Assembly (NCBI GenBank): GCA_031411295.1
Contig: JANOAV010000202.1
Coordinates: 32,001 to 96,000 of the forward strand
DNA: 64,000 nucleotides
Source: Verrucomicrobiales bacterium
GTDB lineage: Bacteria; Verrucomicrobiota; Verrucomicrobiia; Verrucomicrobiales; V1-33
Reading direction: 5' to 3'
The position numbers were made by a program, and so were the translations under genes. Positions within the stretch are counted from its first letter, which is position 1. Each line of letters opens with the position of its first letter. This document shows positions 31,080 to 40,414 of the stretch, piece after piece. The notes under the pieces were generated by a model, which was not told where the DNA came from, did no database searches, and saw only the letters and a program-made list of their open reading frames with translations.

Positions 31080-31595
31080 TTAGTTGGCGTTTGCGGCAGG
31101 TGGTTCCGGCGTAAAATTCGAGGGGAAGGTGTAGGGGGCGGTTTGGTCGGAACTATCGAATGGTAGTAACAATCCCGTTCCGGCAGTCCCCGGAACCAAT
31201 AGTTGGAAGTTTCGGCCATTCCAACGCACCCGGTATTGTGTTGTCGCGTTGGATGCTGCGGGGTTCCAACTTGGTGGATAGTAGGGTGCACCAGAGTCAA
31301 AGCGTCCAGCAGAGGCCGCAGGTTTGTATTGCAGCGAGCGCAGCACCTTGAATTCGTCGGTGGTCGATCCATCATCCTTTGCGGTGCGGATATCCCAGTT
31401 ACCTTGCCCGAAGCCTCTCAGGGCACCGTTTAACTGAGCGACGATATTTTCCGCCTGAGCGAGCCGGGTGGCATCTCCCACATTTCCGAAGGAGACCAAA
31501 GCAATGCCTGCCAGCACCCCAACGATGGCGATGGTCACCATGATTTCGGGAAGGCTATAGCCGCGTTGATGCTTGACGGGAGATGTGCGAAACAT
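31080..31595 (-). CDS. Prepilin-type N-terminal cleavage/methylation protein
   Basis: RG|YSLPEIMVTIAIVGVL class III signal. Confidence 0.88.
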   Translation of the reverse strand: MFRTSPVKHQRGYSLPEIMVTIAIVGVLAGIALVSFGNVGDATRLAQAENIVAQLNGALRGFGQGNWDIRTAKDDGSTTDEFKVLRSLQYKPAASAGRFDSGAPYYPPSWNPAASNATTQYRVRWNGRNFQLLVPGTAGTGLLLPFDSSDQTAPYTFPSNFTPEPPAANAN

Positions 31596-31620
31596 GATGG
31601 TCTGGAGGCTCGATAAATGG

Positions 31621-32094
31621 CTAGTATGCCAGCACCGCCCGGTTGGTCTGTCCGGATGGGAGAGGCTTGTAAATCGTGACTTTGTCCAAGTTGGCCAAAT
31701 CCTGCGGCAAACGCACTAGGTAATCCGCTGGCATCAGGGTCGTCAGGCTACTGGGAGCGTAAGCCATGTAAGGCGTCAGGAAATTGGTATAGCGATTGGC
31801 ATCCTTGGCGTCAGCATCGGCCCCTGTGGTGGCAGCCCATGCCGTCTTGGCCGTTTGCAGTCCATACGCTTGGATGTAACTGGAAATGGCCATGTTCAGG
31901 GCTTCGGCTCGGGAGATGGCCATATTTTCCTCAGTATCCCGCCGCACGCTGGTGATACTCGGGATGGCCATGAAGATCAGAATGCCGATGATGGTAACTG
32001 AGGCCAGGACTTCCACCAAGGTGAAGCCAAGCACGCAGGCCAGCAATCGCGTGCCGCGCATCCGCCGAGGTGTTGGAGGAGTGGGAATATGCAT
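31621..32094 (-). CDS. Prepilin-type N-terminal cleavage/methylation protein
   Basis: G|FTLVEVLASVTIIGIL. Confidence 0.88.
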   Translation of the reverse strand: MHIPTPPTPRRMRGTRLLACVLGFTLVEVLASVTIIGILIFMAIPSITSVRRDTEENMAISRAEALNMAISSYIQAYGLQTAKTAWAATTGADADAKDANRYTNFLTPYMAYAPSSLTTLMPADYLVRLPQDLANLDKVTIYKPLPSGQTNRAVLAY

Positions 32095-32102
32095 AGGAGA
32101 AA

Positions 32103-32639
32103 TTAGTTTGAATTGGAAGCGGGATTGAGATTGACGGTAGGGTAACTGCCAGACACCCAGTTCGGCAATGTTAGCCATTTCCCGGTCTGGACCATGGCAT
32201 CGGACTTGATGAGGGAGAGATCGCTGGGGCCATACTTGCCGGCCATATCCACATAATGTTGCGCGGTCATGGCATCCAAATAACCTTCGGTGTCAGGCGT
32301 ATTGGCATCCATATCCTTGCCAGTGAGCATGGCGAAGCGCTTGGCGGAGGTGTTGAGGGTGGTGTTATAGTAATTGGTTAACGCCTCTAGCGTAACGGGC
32401 GCGCCACTGCTGACAATGGAGGTATCCACTCGGCCAAGTTTGGCATCGACCCAGTTGTTGAGGGCACTCTGCCAGACTGCCAATTGCTGCCGGACAACGA
32501 CTTCACGAGAGGTCTGCGCAGCATCAGAGAATGAACTGATGACCATTGAGGCGAGGATGCTAATGACCGCGATCACCAGCAACATTTCCACAAGGGTAAA
32601 TGCCAGCGCTCGCTGTAATCGGGGAATTGGTGATTTCAT
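32103..32639 (-). CDS. Prepilin-type N-terminal cleavage/methylation protein
   Basis: A|FTLVEMLLVIAVISIL. Confidence 0.88.
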   Translation of the reverse strand: MKSPIPRLQRALAFTLVEMLLVIAVISILASMVISSFSDAAQTSREVVVRQQLAVWQSALNNWVDAKLGRVDTSIVSSGAPVTLEALTNYYNTTLNTSAKRFAMLTGKDMDANTPDTEGYLDAMTAQHYVDMAGKYGPSDLSLIKSDAMVQTGKWLTLPNWVSGSYPTVNLNPASNSN

Positions 32640-32670
32640 GAATTGAAGGGTGGCTCAGGGCTGAAAAGGG

Positions 32671-33093
32671 TTAATTACCGATGGGTCTGGCGGCACCAGT
32701 GTATTGCAGAAGTCCATCCTGCGGGTCCCACTGCAGATATTGCTTGGCTCCCGTAAGTTGCTCCTGATCGATGGTGGATAATCGATACCGGATGTTTCCT
32801 AAGGCACCGGTCCCACTGACACCTACCGAGAGGGCTTGCACCACGGCACCCATATCGCTCCCCGCTGGCAAAGTCGCTCCAGTCATCCGGGCAGAATTAT
32901 ACATGGAAGCAATGTGCTGGGCGTTCCGTCGGTAGGTATTGTCCGTGCTGTTTTCATAAACCTTGCTGAGCGCAGGGAGAATGATCGCAGCCAAGATTCC
33001 GATGACCGCAATCACTACCAACAATTCTACCAAGCTGAAGCCGGCTGGCTGCTTGGAGCGGAGTGTGCAGGAGGATGGTGATACAAGGTTCAC
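32671..33093 (-). CDS. Prepilin-type N-terminal cleavage/methylation protein
   Basis: G|FSLVELLVVIAVIGILAAIILP. Confidence 0.9.
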   Translation of the reverse strand: MNLVSPSSCTLRSKQPAGFSLVELLVVIAVIGILAAIILPALSKVYENSTDNTYRRNAQHIASMYNSARMTGATLPAGSDMGAVVQALSVGVSGTGALGNIRYRLSTIDQEQLTGAKQYLQWDPQDGLLQYTGAARPIGN

Positions 33094-33348
33094 GGACGTA
33101 AATATTAATGGTTAATCTCTTTAATTCTGAAAATTACAACTTTTATCAGTTATCGCAACCTCATTTTTGTAAAATTCTAAGGCGTCGAAAAAGCTAGCCT
33201 TCGGGTGGTGGTCAGGATAATTGACCTTTGTCGGGTTCCGCCCTGCCCGGAGAAAGTCACTTTACAGCCTCCGTTCTTGATCCTAGTAGATGCACCCCTG
33301 GCGCCCGCTCGTATCATCCGGGGCAATCCTCCAATTATTTTTTTCCTT

Positions 33349-34155
33349 ATGGCCCAGTCCCCTCCCCTGAATGCCCCCCCCTCGCCCTCGACACGAAAAC
33401 GAGTCGTCCTTAAATTTGGGACTGGGATCCTCAAAGACCAGTCCTCGCCCACTATCGATGGAGCCCAAGTGTGGAATTTGTTGCGGGCAGTCGCGATCAT
33501 TCGTCGGGCGGGGCACGAGGTCATCGTCGTCACGAGTGGAGCGGTGGCGGCTGGGCTCAATATCATGGGGTTCGTGGAACGCCCCACAGAAATGGCGCTT
33601 TTACAGGCCTGTGCGGCGGTCGGCCAATCCCGACTAATGCATTTCTATGAGCAAGTCCTCCGCGAGTGGGATCTCCACGTGGGGCAAATGCTGGTGACCA
33701 ATGAGGACTTCGAGCTCCCCCAGCGTCGCTCCCACATTGAGAACACCCTCCGCCAACTGCTGGCCAGCGAGCGCGTCGTGCCCGTGTTCAATGAGAACGA
33801 CTCCGTCGCCATCGAGGAAATACGCTTTGGCGACAATGATGCCCTGAGTGCGGGCGTCGCCAAGCTGGCCAAGGCGGATCTCTTGATTTTGCTAACCAGT
33901 GTGGACGGTCTGATTCCCCCATCTGGTGTGGGCATCGTGGATACGGTAACTGACCTGGCCGAAGTCGCAGGTTTCGCTCGGGAGGATAAAGGAGACTACT
34001 CAGTGGGCGGCATGGACACGAAGCTGACCGCCGTGCGCAACGCGGTTGAAGCGGGTGTCGAAACCATTATTGCCAACGGTCGCAATGCGGAGCAACTGTT
34101 GGAGTTGGTCAACGGCGGGGGCAGAGGCACCCGTTTCCTCGTCCGGAAACCCTGA
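33349..34155 (+). CDS. proB: Glutamate 5-kinase (no PUA domain)
   Basis: VVLKFGT, VTSGAVAAG, NENDSV, FGDNDALSA, GGMDTKL. Confidence 0.93.
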   Translation: MAQSPPLNAPPSPSTRKRVVLKFGTGILKDQSSPTIDGAQVWNLLRAVAIIRRAGHEVIVVTSGAVAAGLNIMGFVERPTEMALLQACAAVGQSRLMHFYEQVLREWDLHVGQMLVTNEDFELPQRRSHIENTLRQLLASERVVPVFNENDSVAIEEIRFGDNDALSAGVAKLAKADLLILLTSVDGLIPPSGVGIVDTVTDLAEVAGFAREDKGDYSVGGMDTKLTAVRNAVEAGVETIIANGRNAEQLLELVNGGGRGTRFLVRKP

Positions 34156-34181
34156 TTCCTCGGCCCCCACGGAGACGTGAA

Positions 34182-34436
34182 TTAATAACAGTGACTGCGG
34201 GAACGATAGCCACCACCGTGGCCGCCGCCATGATAACCGCCGCCATAGCCTCCACTATGATAGCCTGAGCCTCCCCAGTGGGGAGCAGGAGCGCAGCCGG
34301 AACTATGATGGCCATAACTGTGGGCATATCCTACGGGATAAGGAACGCAACTAACCAAGCCGAGCGCAAGCAGCGCCAGTAAGCAAAAACGCGGCCAGAT
34401 GGTGGAAACTATTGGAGTGGAAACGGGGGTCTTCAT
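34182..34436 (-). CDS. Small Gly/His/Tyr-rich lipoprotein
   Basis: Lipobox LVSC followed by a GGYHGG-type low-complexity tail. Confidence 0.6.
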   Translation of the reverse strand: MKTPVSTPIVSTIWPRFCLLALLALGLVSCVPYPVGYAHSYGHHSSGCAPAPHWGGSGYHSGGYGGGYHGGGHGGGYRSRSHCY

Positions 34437-34585
34437 AATGGGGATGGGTTAAGGGTTGTCAATTCGACGAAGTCCGTCGGACGATATTCACAATGTTGCG
34501 CAAATTTTTTCTTCCCCATTCGTTCGTGAAAATGTTTGCAGGCGCGAGGGTTCCCGGTTTTGCTGCCAGACATTTTCCACACTCC

Positions 34586-35374
34586 ATGCCCCACGTTCTG
34601 ACTCGTGCCATCCTTCTCAGCTGCTGCTCGCTCGTTGCTTCGTGCGCCACGTCTGACCCGCTGAAAACTTCTGCCAGCACCACGCAATACTACATTCCCG
34701 TGGATCGTGCCCCTCCGCTGCGTGCGCTGCCCAAAGAGCTGAACTGTCCTATCGTCAGCCGTCGGGACTGCATCCTCACCGCCGTAAGTTATCTGCAGCA
34801 CCAATGGACCCCTTCAGAAAAAAACGTCTTCCACGGCAAGGATGCCCAAGGCATTCAAGTGGACACCCCGGACGTCAAGTTCCGCCCCCCTGGCACCTTT
34901 CCGGGTTGGTGGGTGCCTGGACTCGTGAATCGCAGTATTCCCTATCAATGGGGCGGGTTCTCCACGCCGGAGGAATTCGATGCGGGAATCGCAGCAGGGA
35001 AGGCCGCCGGAGACATCTTCACCCCAGAGAAACGCGCCAAACTGGACGATGCCGTCAGCCACCAAGCAGTAGGGATTGATTGCTCCGGCTTCATTTCCCG
35101 CTGCTGGCATCTACCACGATCCTTTTCCACCCGCGAGCTGCCCCTCCTCTGCGAACCGCTCGAAAGCTTCGACGACCTCCAACCGGGCGATATCGTCAAC
35201 ACTCACAACGCCCACGTCGTCCTCTTCGATGCGTGGTATGATTCCGCTCGTTCCTATTTCGTTTGCTATGAAACGGGCAGTCCGCCCACTTGGAAAGTCC
35301 AGCGTCATGCTCTCCGCACCGCCCAAATGAAGGAACTCGGTTACAAACCCTTCCGTTATCGCAACATCCGTTAG
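34586..35374 (+). CDS. NlpC/P60-like lipoprotein (putative peptidoglycan hydrolase)
   Basis: Lipobox-like VASC; PYQWGG, GIDCSGFIS, LQPGD, HVVLF. Confidence 0.75.
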   Translation: MPHVLTRAILLSCCSLVASCATSDPLKTSASTTQYYIPVDRAPPLRALPKELNCPIVSRRDCILTAVSYLQHQWTPSEKNVFHGKDAQGIQVDTPDVKFRPPGTFPGWWVPGLVNRSIPYQWGGFSTPEEFDAGIAAGKAAGDIFTPEKRAKLDDAVSHQAVGIDCSGFISRCWHLPRSFSTRELPLLCEPLESFDDLQPGDIVNTHNAHVVLFDAWYDSARSYFVCYETGSPPTWKVQRHALRTAQMKELGYKPFRYRNIR

Positions 35375-35390
35375 TTCCCTCCGCCCCTCC

Positions 35391-36071
35391 ATGCTCCCTC
35401 CCATCCCCCTGCTGCGCGCCCTGATCTTCGACTTTGACGGTCTGATGGTGGACACCGAAACCGCCATTTACCATTCGTGGAAGGAAATCTATGCAGCCCA
35501 TGGCCAGGAATTACCTCTCCCCACCTACGTCCAATGCGTCGGCAGCCATGGATCACACTATGAGCCCCTAGCAGAACTTGAAACATTGACCGGCACGCCG
35601 CTCAATCGGGATGAACTCATGGCGTGGCAAAGTCAGCGCAATCGGGAACTGCACAACGGCTTGGATACCCGCCCCGGCATCCGTGAAGTCCTGACCGAAG
35701 CCCGACAGTTAAACATTCCCTGTGCCGTCGCCTCCAGCTCCAACGCCTTGTGGGTTCATGGCTGGCTGGATAAATTACATCTGCGCTCCTACTTTGCTGA
35801 AGTGATCACCCGGGACGATGTTGTCCGCGCCAAACCAGCTCCAGATCTTTTCCTGCTGGCGCTGCAAAAATTGGGTCTTCCCGGCACGGATGCATTGGTG
35901 TTGGAGGATTCCGCCAACGGACTCATTGCCGCCGAAGCCGCCGGCATCCCCTGCGTCATCATCCCTAACGAAGTGACCACAGGCCTCGATTTCACCGCCG
36001 CCAGGGCGGTCTTGCCAACCCTGCATGAAGTGACCATCACTGAGTTATCCCGCCTCGCCCTCCGTGTTTAA
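35391..36071 (+). CDS. HAD-family phosphatase (beta-PGM-like)
   Basis: FDFDGLMVDTE, ASSS, KPAPDLF, LEDSANG. Confidence 0.92.
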   Translation: MLPPIPLLRALIFDFDGLMVDTETAIYHSWKEIYAAHGQELPLPTYVQCVGSHGSHYEPLAELETLTGTPLNRDELMAWQSQRNRELHNGLDTRPGIREVLTEARQLNIPCAVASSSNALWVHGWLDKLHLRSYFAEVITRDDVVRAKPAPDLFLLALQKLGLPGTDALVLEDSANGLIAAEAAGIPCVIIPNEVTTGLDFTAARAVLPTLHEVTITELSRLALRV

Positions 36072-36089
36072 CCCCAAGCTGGGAGACTC

Positions 36090-36572
36090 CTATCTGGTCC
36101 ATTGACGAGGTCGACCTCGTTTCAGTTCCTCAATTTCAAAGGCACTCTGAATCCAATTAACCTGCGGCGGTTGGTCCGCCCGCAGATCCACTTCCGCGAT
36201 ATCGCAACGCCAAGCAATCTCTGGATAGCGCAGCAGCCGCAGCCAAGCGTTCACCCCTCGGGAAATGAGCCTCCGTTTCTTCAAATCCACCGCTGCCGCC
36301 GGACGGCCAAAATCATCCCGCGTGCGCGCCTTCACCTCCACGAACGCCAGGATGTGACCGTGCCGCACCACGATATCGATTTCCCCTCCTCCGGGCGGGC
36401 GGTAGTTCCGATAGAGCACTTTCCCTCCATGAGCATAAATATAGCGGGCCGCCACCTGTTCCCCCAATTCCCCAATCTCAGCCGTGCTCATCCCCACCCC
36501 GCCGCGAGCCAACACCGTCGGAGCGTTCAGTAACCGACTATATTTTCTAACAAAATAACGCAGCAAATTCAT
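36090..36572 (-). CDS. YraN family (UPF0102) putative endonuclease
   Basis: GELGEQVA, RNYR, GEIDIV, FVEVKAR, RCDI. Confidence 0.9.
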   Translation of the reverse strand: MNLLRYFVRKYSRLLNAPTVLARGGVGMSTAEIGELGEQVAARYIYAHGGKVLYRNYRPPGGGEIDIVVRHGHILAFVEVKARTRDDFGRPAAAVDLKKRRLISRGVNAWLRLLRYPEIAWRCDIAEVDLRADQPPQVNWIQSAFEIEELKRGRPRQWTR

Positions 36573-36596
36573 AAAGTCATCTTGGAAGCCGCCCGC

Positions 36597-37682
36597 TCAC
36601 GGATAGCGCACCCGCAGCACCCGGTTATTATAAGTATCAGCCACATACAGCCATCCCTGCTGAATGCGCGCCCCATGAGGCCGACGCAGCTGAGTTTCCG
36701 CGCCCGTCCCGCCAACTGCATTCCCTGCCAGTCCGGGCCTTCCCACCAGCAATTCCACCTTGCCCTCCTTCGGCAGCCAACGCCGCACGACATGATTTTC
36801 CGTGTCACAAATGATGACATTCCCCTGCGTATCCTGACAGAGGAATTTCGGTCCATTCAATTGCACCTCCAACGGTGTGGGCCCGGCACGATAACCCGGC
36901 TTGCCACCGCCGTTGAGAATGGTGTGCAATTTCCCCCCGCTGGACTGCACCAACGAATTCCCCTCACGCAACACCACCCAAGTCGCACTCCCATCCCCGG
37001 TCGTTGCCCGCGGACCATTGAGGGGCGTTTGCAACGGCCCGGCCCCTTCATGCACGTTCCCTTTCTGGCCATTACCCACGGCATCATACACCTTACCGTC
37101 TCGTTCATCGTAAATTCTCACGCGTTGATTCGCCAAATCCGTGATCCAAAATTGTCCCGCCTGGAGCGCGGCAGAAATACAAATGGGCAAATTAAGCTGG
37201 GCCGCAGAGGCCCGCTGACCGTTGCCATTGTATCCCGGCTTCCCTGTCCCTACCACCGTGGAAACTTGCCCCGTCTTGAGATCAACTTTCCGAATCCGAT
37301 GATTAAACGTGTCCGCCACCAGCAGAGCTTGCTCCCCATCCGTAAAACAAAGATCATGCATGCCATGAAAACGCGCCTGCGCCCCTGGGCCATCTGCCAC
37401 CTCCGGTAACAACTCCTTTTCATTGGTGGCTGCCTTCACTCCGGCAATAAACGCCACCTGTCCGTCCACCGTTCTTTGGAAGATGCGATTCGACTTCGTG
37501 AACTCCACGCCATACATCGTTCCTGCTTGATTAAAGACCACGCTAAATGGCTCCGAGATCACTCCCGCTGCCAGCACGACCTCCACTTGATGATTTGAAG
37601 CGGGTTCTTGTGCCGACATGGGCACGAGTGCGCTGGCGCAGAGTAAGAGGTGCGCAAGGAAGGTTGGAACAGGTGATTTCAT
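36597..37682 (-). CDS. Secreted NHL-repeat beta-propeller protein
   Basis: Signal peptide; VADTFNHRIRKV, ICDTENHVVR and VADTYNNRV repeats. Confidence 0.88.
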   Translation of the reverse strand: MKSPVPTFLAHLLLCASALVPMSAQEPASNHQVEVVLAAGVISEPFSVVFNQAGTMYGVEFTKSNRIFQRTVDGQVAFIAGVKAATNEKELLPEVADGPGAQARFHGMHDLCFTDGEQALLVADTFNHRIRKVDLKTGQVSTVVGTGKPGYNGNGQRASAAQLNLPICISAALQAGQFWITDLANQRVRIYDERDGKVYDAVGNGQKGNVHEGAGPLQTPLNGPRATTGDGSATWVVLREGNSLVQSSGGKLHTILNGGGKPGYRAGPTPLEVQLNGPKFLCQDTQGNVIICDTENHVVRRWLPKEGKVELLVGRPGLAGNAVGGTGAETQLRRPHGARIQQGWLYVADTYNNRVLRVRYP

Positions 37683-37809
37683 TGATGAGAAGCGGTGGCT
37701 ACCGGGAGAGGGCCATCATGCCCGAGCGGGTTGATTTCGTCAATCTAGTTGACACCACCCTCATTACACCTAATTTCCCACCCTTCTCACAAAGCACCGA
37801 TAAAACCAT

Positions 37810-37884
37810 GGCGGGGTAGCAAAGTGGTAATGCACTGGTCTGCAAAACCGGTATGCGCGGGTTCGATTCCCGCCCCCGCCTCCA
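37810..37884 (+). tRNA. tRNA-Cys(GCA)
   Basis: GGCGGGG/CCCCGCC acceptor stem, CTGCAAA loop, GGTTCGATTCC, encoded CCA; TTGACA promoter element upstream. Confidence 0.95.
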
Positions 37885-37963
37885 TTTCTCTTGATGGTTC
37901 CTGCATTCAGTTCGGCTCGCGGTTGCTTCGTCCCTCCCCCCCTTTCTCACCCCTCCGCACCTT

Positions 37964-38356
37964 ATGAAAAATCGCCTCCCCCGAGTCAATGAACTCATTC
38001 AACGCGAACTCGGCACCATCATCCAACGGGATTTCGAATTCCCGGGCGTGTTGGTAACCATCAATGACGTGGAAATTACGCCGGACTTGAAACATTGCGC
38101 GGTCTATATCGGCGTGTTGGGCAACGCCCTCCAGGCCGAGGAAATTCTGGAAAAGCTCATGGCCAAGCGCTCGCACCTGCAGAAACGCCTCATGGGTCGC
38201 ATCACCTTAAAATTCACCCCGCACCTGTCTTTTAAATTGGATAACAGCATTGAACGCGGCGTGCGCATCACCACCATCATGGAGACCATCGATCAGGAAA
38301 TCGGTCCCGACGCTTGGAAAACGCTACCTCCAGAGGCCCTTAATCCCGAACCTTAA
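37964..38356 (+). CDS. rbfA: Ribosome-binding factor A
   Basis: [43 protein letters not shown]. Confidence 0.93.
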   Translation: MKNRLPRVNELIQRELGTIIQRDFEFPGVLVTINDVEITPDLKHCAVYIGVLGNALQAEEILEKLMAKRSHLQKRLMGRITLKFTPHLSFKLDNSIERGVRITTIMETIDQEIGPDAWKTLPPEALNPEP

Positions 38357-40263
38357 ATCTTCGGCATCTCAATGAACCCTTCAAGGTGCCGGATCCGGGT
38401 TGGATGTCGCATCTTGCGCAGCGCCTTGGCCTCGATCTGACGGATGCGCTCACGGGTCACTTGGAATTGTTTTCCCACCTCCTCGAGTGTGCGGCTATGC
38501 CCGTCGATGAGGCCAAACCGTTGCTCCAGCACTTGGCGCTCGCGCTCACTGAGCGTGTCCAGCACTCCCTTGATTTTATCCTTCAGAATGTTGAAGCCCG
38601 TCATTTCCATCGGATTTTCCGCAGACTTATCCTCGATGAAATCACCGAAACTAGAATCGTCCCCCTCGCCCACCGGGCTTTGCAGACTGATCGGCTGCTG
38701 CGCCATTTTCAGCACCGCTGAGACCCGCTCCACCGGGAGGTGAATTTCATCCGCGATCTCCTCGGGACTTGGCTCGCGACCATACTCCTGCACCAACTGC
38801 TTCTGCACCCGCATGAGCTTATTGATCGTCTCAATCATGTGCACCGGAATCCGAATCGTGCGCGCCTGATCCGCAATGCTGCGCGTGATCGCTTGCCGAA
38901 TCCACCAAGTGGCATAGGTGCTGAATTTATAACCCCTCCGATATTCAAATTTCTCCACCGCCTTCATCAAGCCCATGTTTCCCTCCTGGATCAAATCCAG
39001 GAAATTAAGACCTCTGTTAGTGTATTTTTTGGCAATCGAAATCACCAACCGCAAATTGGCTTCCACCATTTCATTCTTAGCCGCCCGCGCTGCTTTCAAC
39101 GCTTTCGCGATGTCCGCGTGCGCTTGCATAAACTCTGCTTCGGTGAGCCAGATGTCCCGCTCCATGCGTGTCCGTTCCGCCACCGAAGCCACATCCGACC
39201 GTCCTTTGAGTGCGCTCAGTCGCTGATGGTATTCATCAACCACGGGCTGGAATTCCTCGAACGGACGATACTTAAAGGCATACTTTCCATAGGTCTTCAA
39301 GACCGCTTGCTGGGCTTTGGTGAATTCCAAGCGCATCGCCTCACGGCGGTTCGCCTGCTTCAGATCCAGAAATTTATTGTAAGCATCCTGCGCAGCCGCC
39401 GCCTGTTCGTCCAGGGTGCGATTGAGCTTCGTCAGGGATTTCACGTAGCGCTCCCGGTTCTCCAATGATTTCTCCTGCACCACGCGATCACAACGCTCCT
39501 GACCATCAATGATCTTCTGTGCCAGCACGGTGTAGAGCGTGTTAGCGAATCCAAAACGATTAATGATGTTCTGGGCTTGAGTTTCCGCCTCCTCGATCCG
39601 CTTGGAAATATCCACTTCCTGCTCGCGTGTGAGCAACGGCACCTGTCCCATTTGCTTAAGATACATCCGCACCGGATCATCGAATGATTCCAATTTGGAA
39701 TCCGACAACGGGCGATCCATCGAAATTTTCGACGCGCGGGCCGGGACGTTAGCCGCTGGCGAGGGTTTCGCCAACCGATCCACTTCCGAAGCATCCGTAA
39801 TCTCAAAATCCATCCCCCGAAGCCGGAGGATGATTTCCTCCATCGTGTCCGGAGAAATGTAACCGTCCGGCAAGGCATCATTTAGATCATCGTAGGTAAT
39901 GTGCCCCTGCTCCTTGGCCAGTCGCACCAGATCCCGCAACTTGCTCTGCACCTCTGGAGACTCCACTGTAAAGATTTCGCCCTTAAACGGCACGTTGACG
40001 GCAGAACGCTTGGGCGCTGGAGGAACTGGATCGGCAGGATCTTTGCGAGGGCGCCCCCGTCCGCGTTTGATCGGATCGGGAGCTACAGCAGAGGCGCCAA
40101 CTCCGTTAGAGGGTTTAGGAGGAGACATGGGGGATTGGGGAGATTGCTTCGCAACCTCGCCCTGCTTCGCCTTGGGAGCAACTTTTTTCTGCGCGGCACT
40201 CGCCTTGAACGGAAGTGCTGGAACGGCGCTGGCGCGCTTAGGGGTGGCAGGTTTACGGGCCAT
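38353..40263 (-). CDS. rpoD: RNA polymerase primary sigma factor
   Basis: [57 protein letters not shown]; start moved to MARK. Confidence 0.97.
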   Translation of the reverse strand: MARKPATPKRASAVPALPFKASAAQKKVAPKAKQGEVAKQSPQSPMSPPKPSNGVGASAVAPDPIKRGRGRPRKDPADPVPPAPKRSAVNVPFKGEIFTVESPEVQSKLRDLVRLAKEQGHITYDDLNDALPDGYISPDTMEEIILRLRGMDFEITDASEVDRLAKPSPAANVPARASKISMDRPLSDSKLESFDDPVRMYLKQMGQVPLLTREQEVDISKRIEEAETQAQNIINRFGFANTLYTVLAQKIIDGQERCDRVVQEKSLENRERYVKSLTKLNRTLDEQAAAAQDAYNKFLDLKQANRREAMRLEFTKAQQAVLKTYGKYAFKYRPFEEFQPVVDEYHQRLSALKGRSDVASVAERTRMERDIWLTEAEFMQAHADIAKALKAARAAKNEMVEANLRLVISIAKKYTNRGLNFLDLIQEGNMGLMKAVEKFEYRRGYKFSTYATWWIRQAITRSIADQARTIRIPVHMIETINKLMRVQKQLVQEYGREPSPEEIADEIHLPVERVSAVLKMAQQPISLQSPVGEGDDSSFGDFIEDKSAENPMEMTGFNILKDKIKGVLDTLSERERQVLEQRFGLIDGHSRTLEEVGKQFQVTRERIRQIEAKALRKMRHPTRIRHLEGFIEMPKI

Positions 40264-40414
40264 GGGAAAAAGAGAACAGAATGGGGAGTGACTACTGTTG
40301 GAAAGATTACCGGGCCGCGTGGTCGTCGCTAGCTGTCGTGAGACACCCATGGACAGATTTTTCGTGCGGTCAACCTCTTCGCGCTAAGGACGTTGTCTAA
40401 TTTGCGCGCCCGCT

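Noticed and set aside
31043..31375. N-terminal extension of the PilB/GspE ORF
   Set aside because: Overlaps the upstream pilin in another frame; the ATG at 31042 is the better start.
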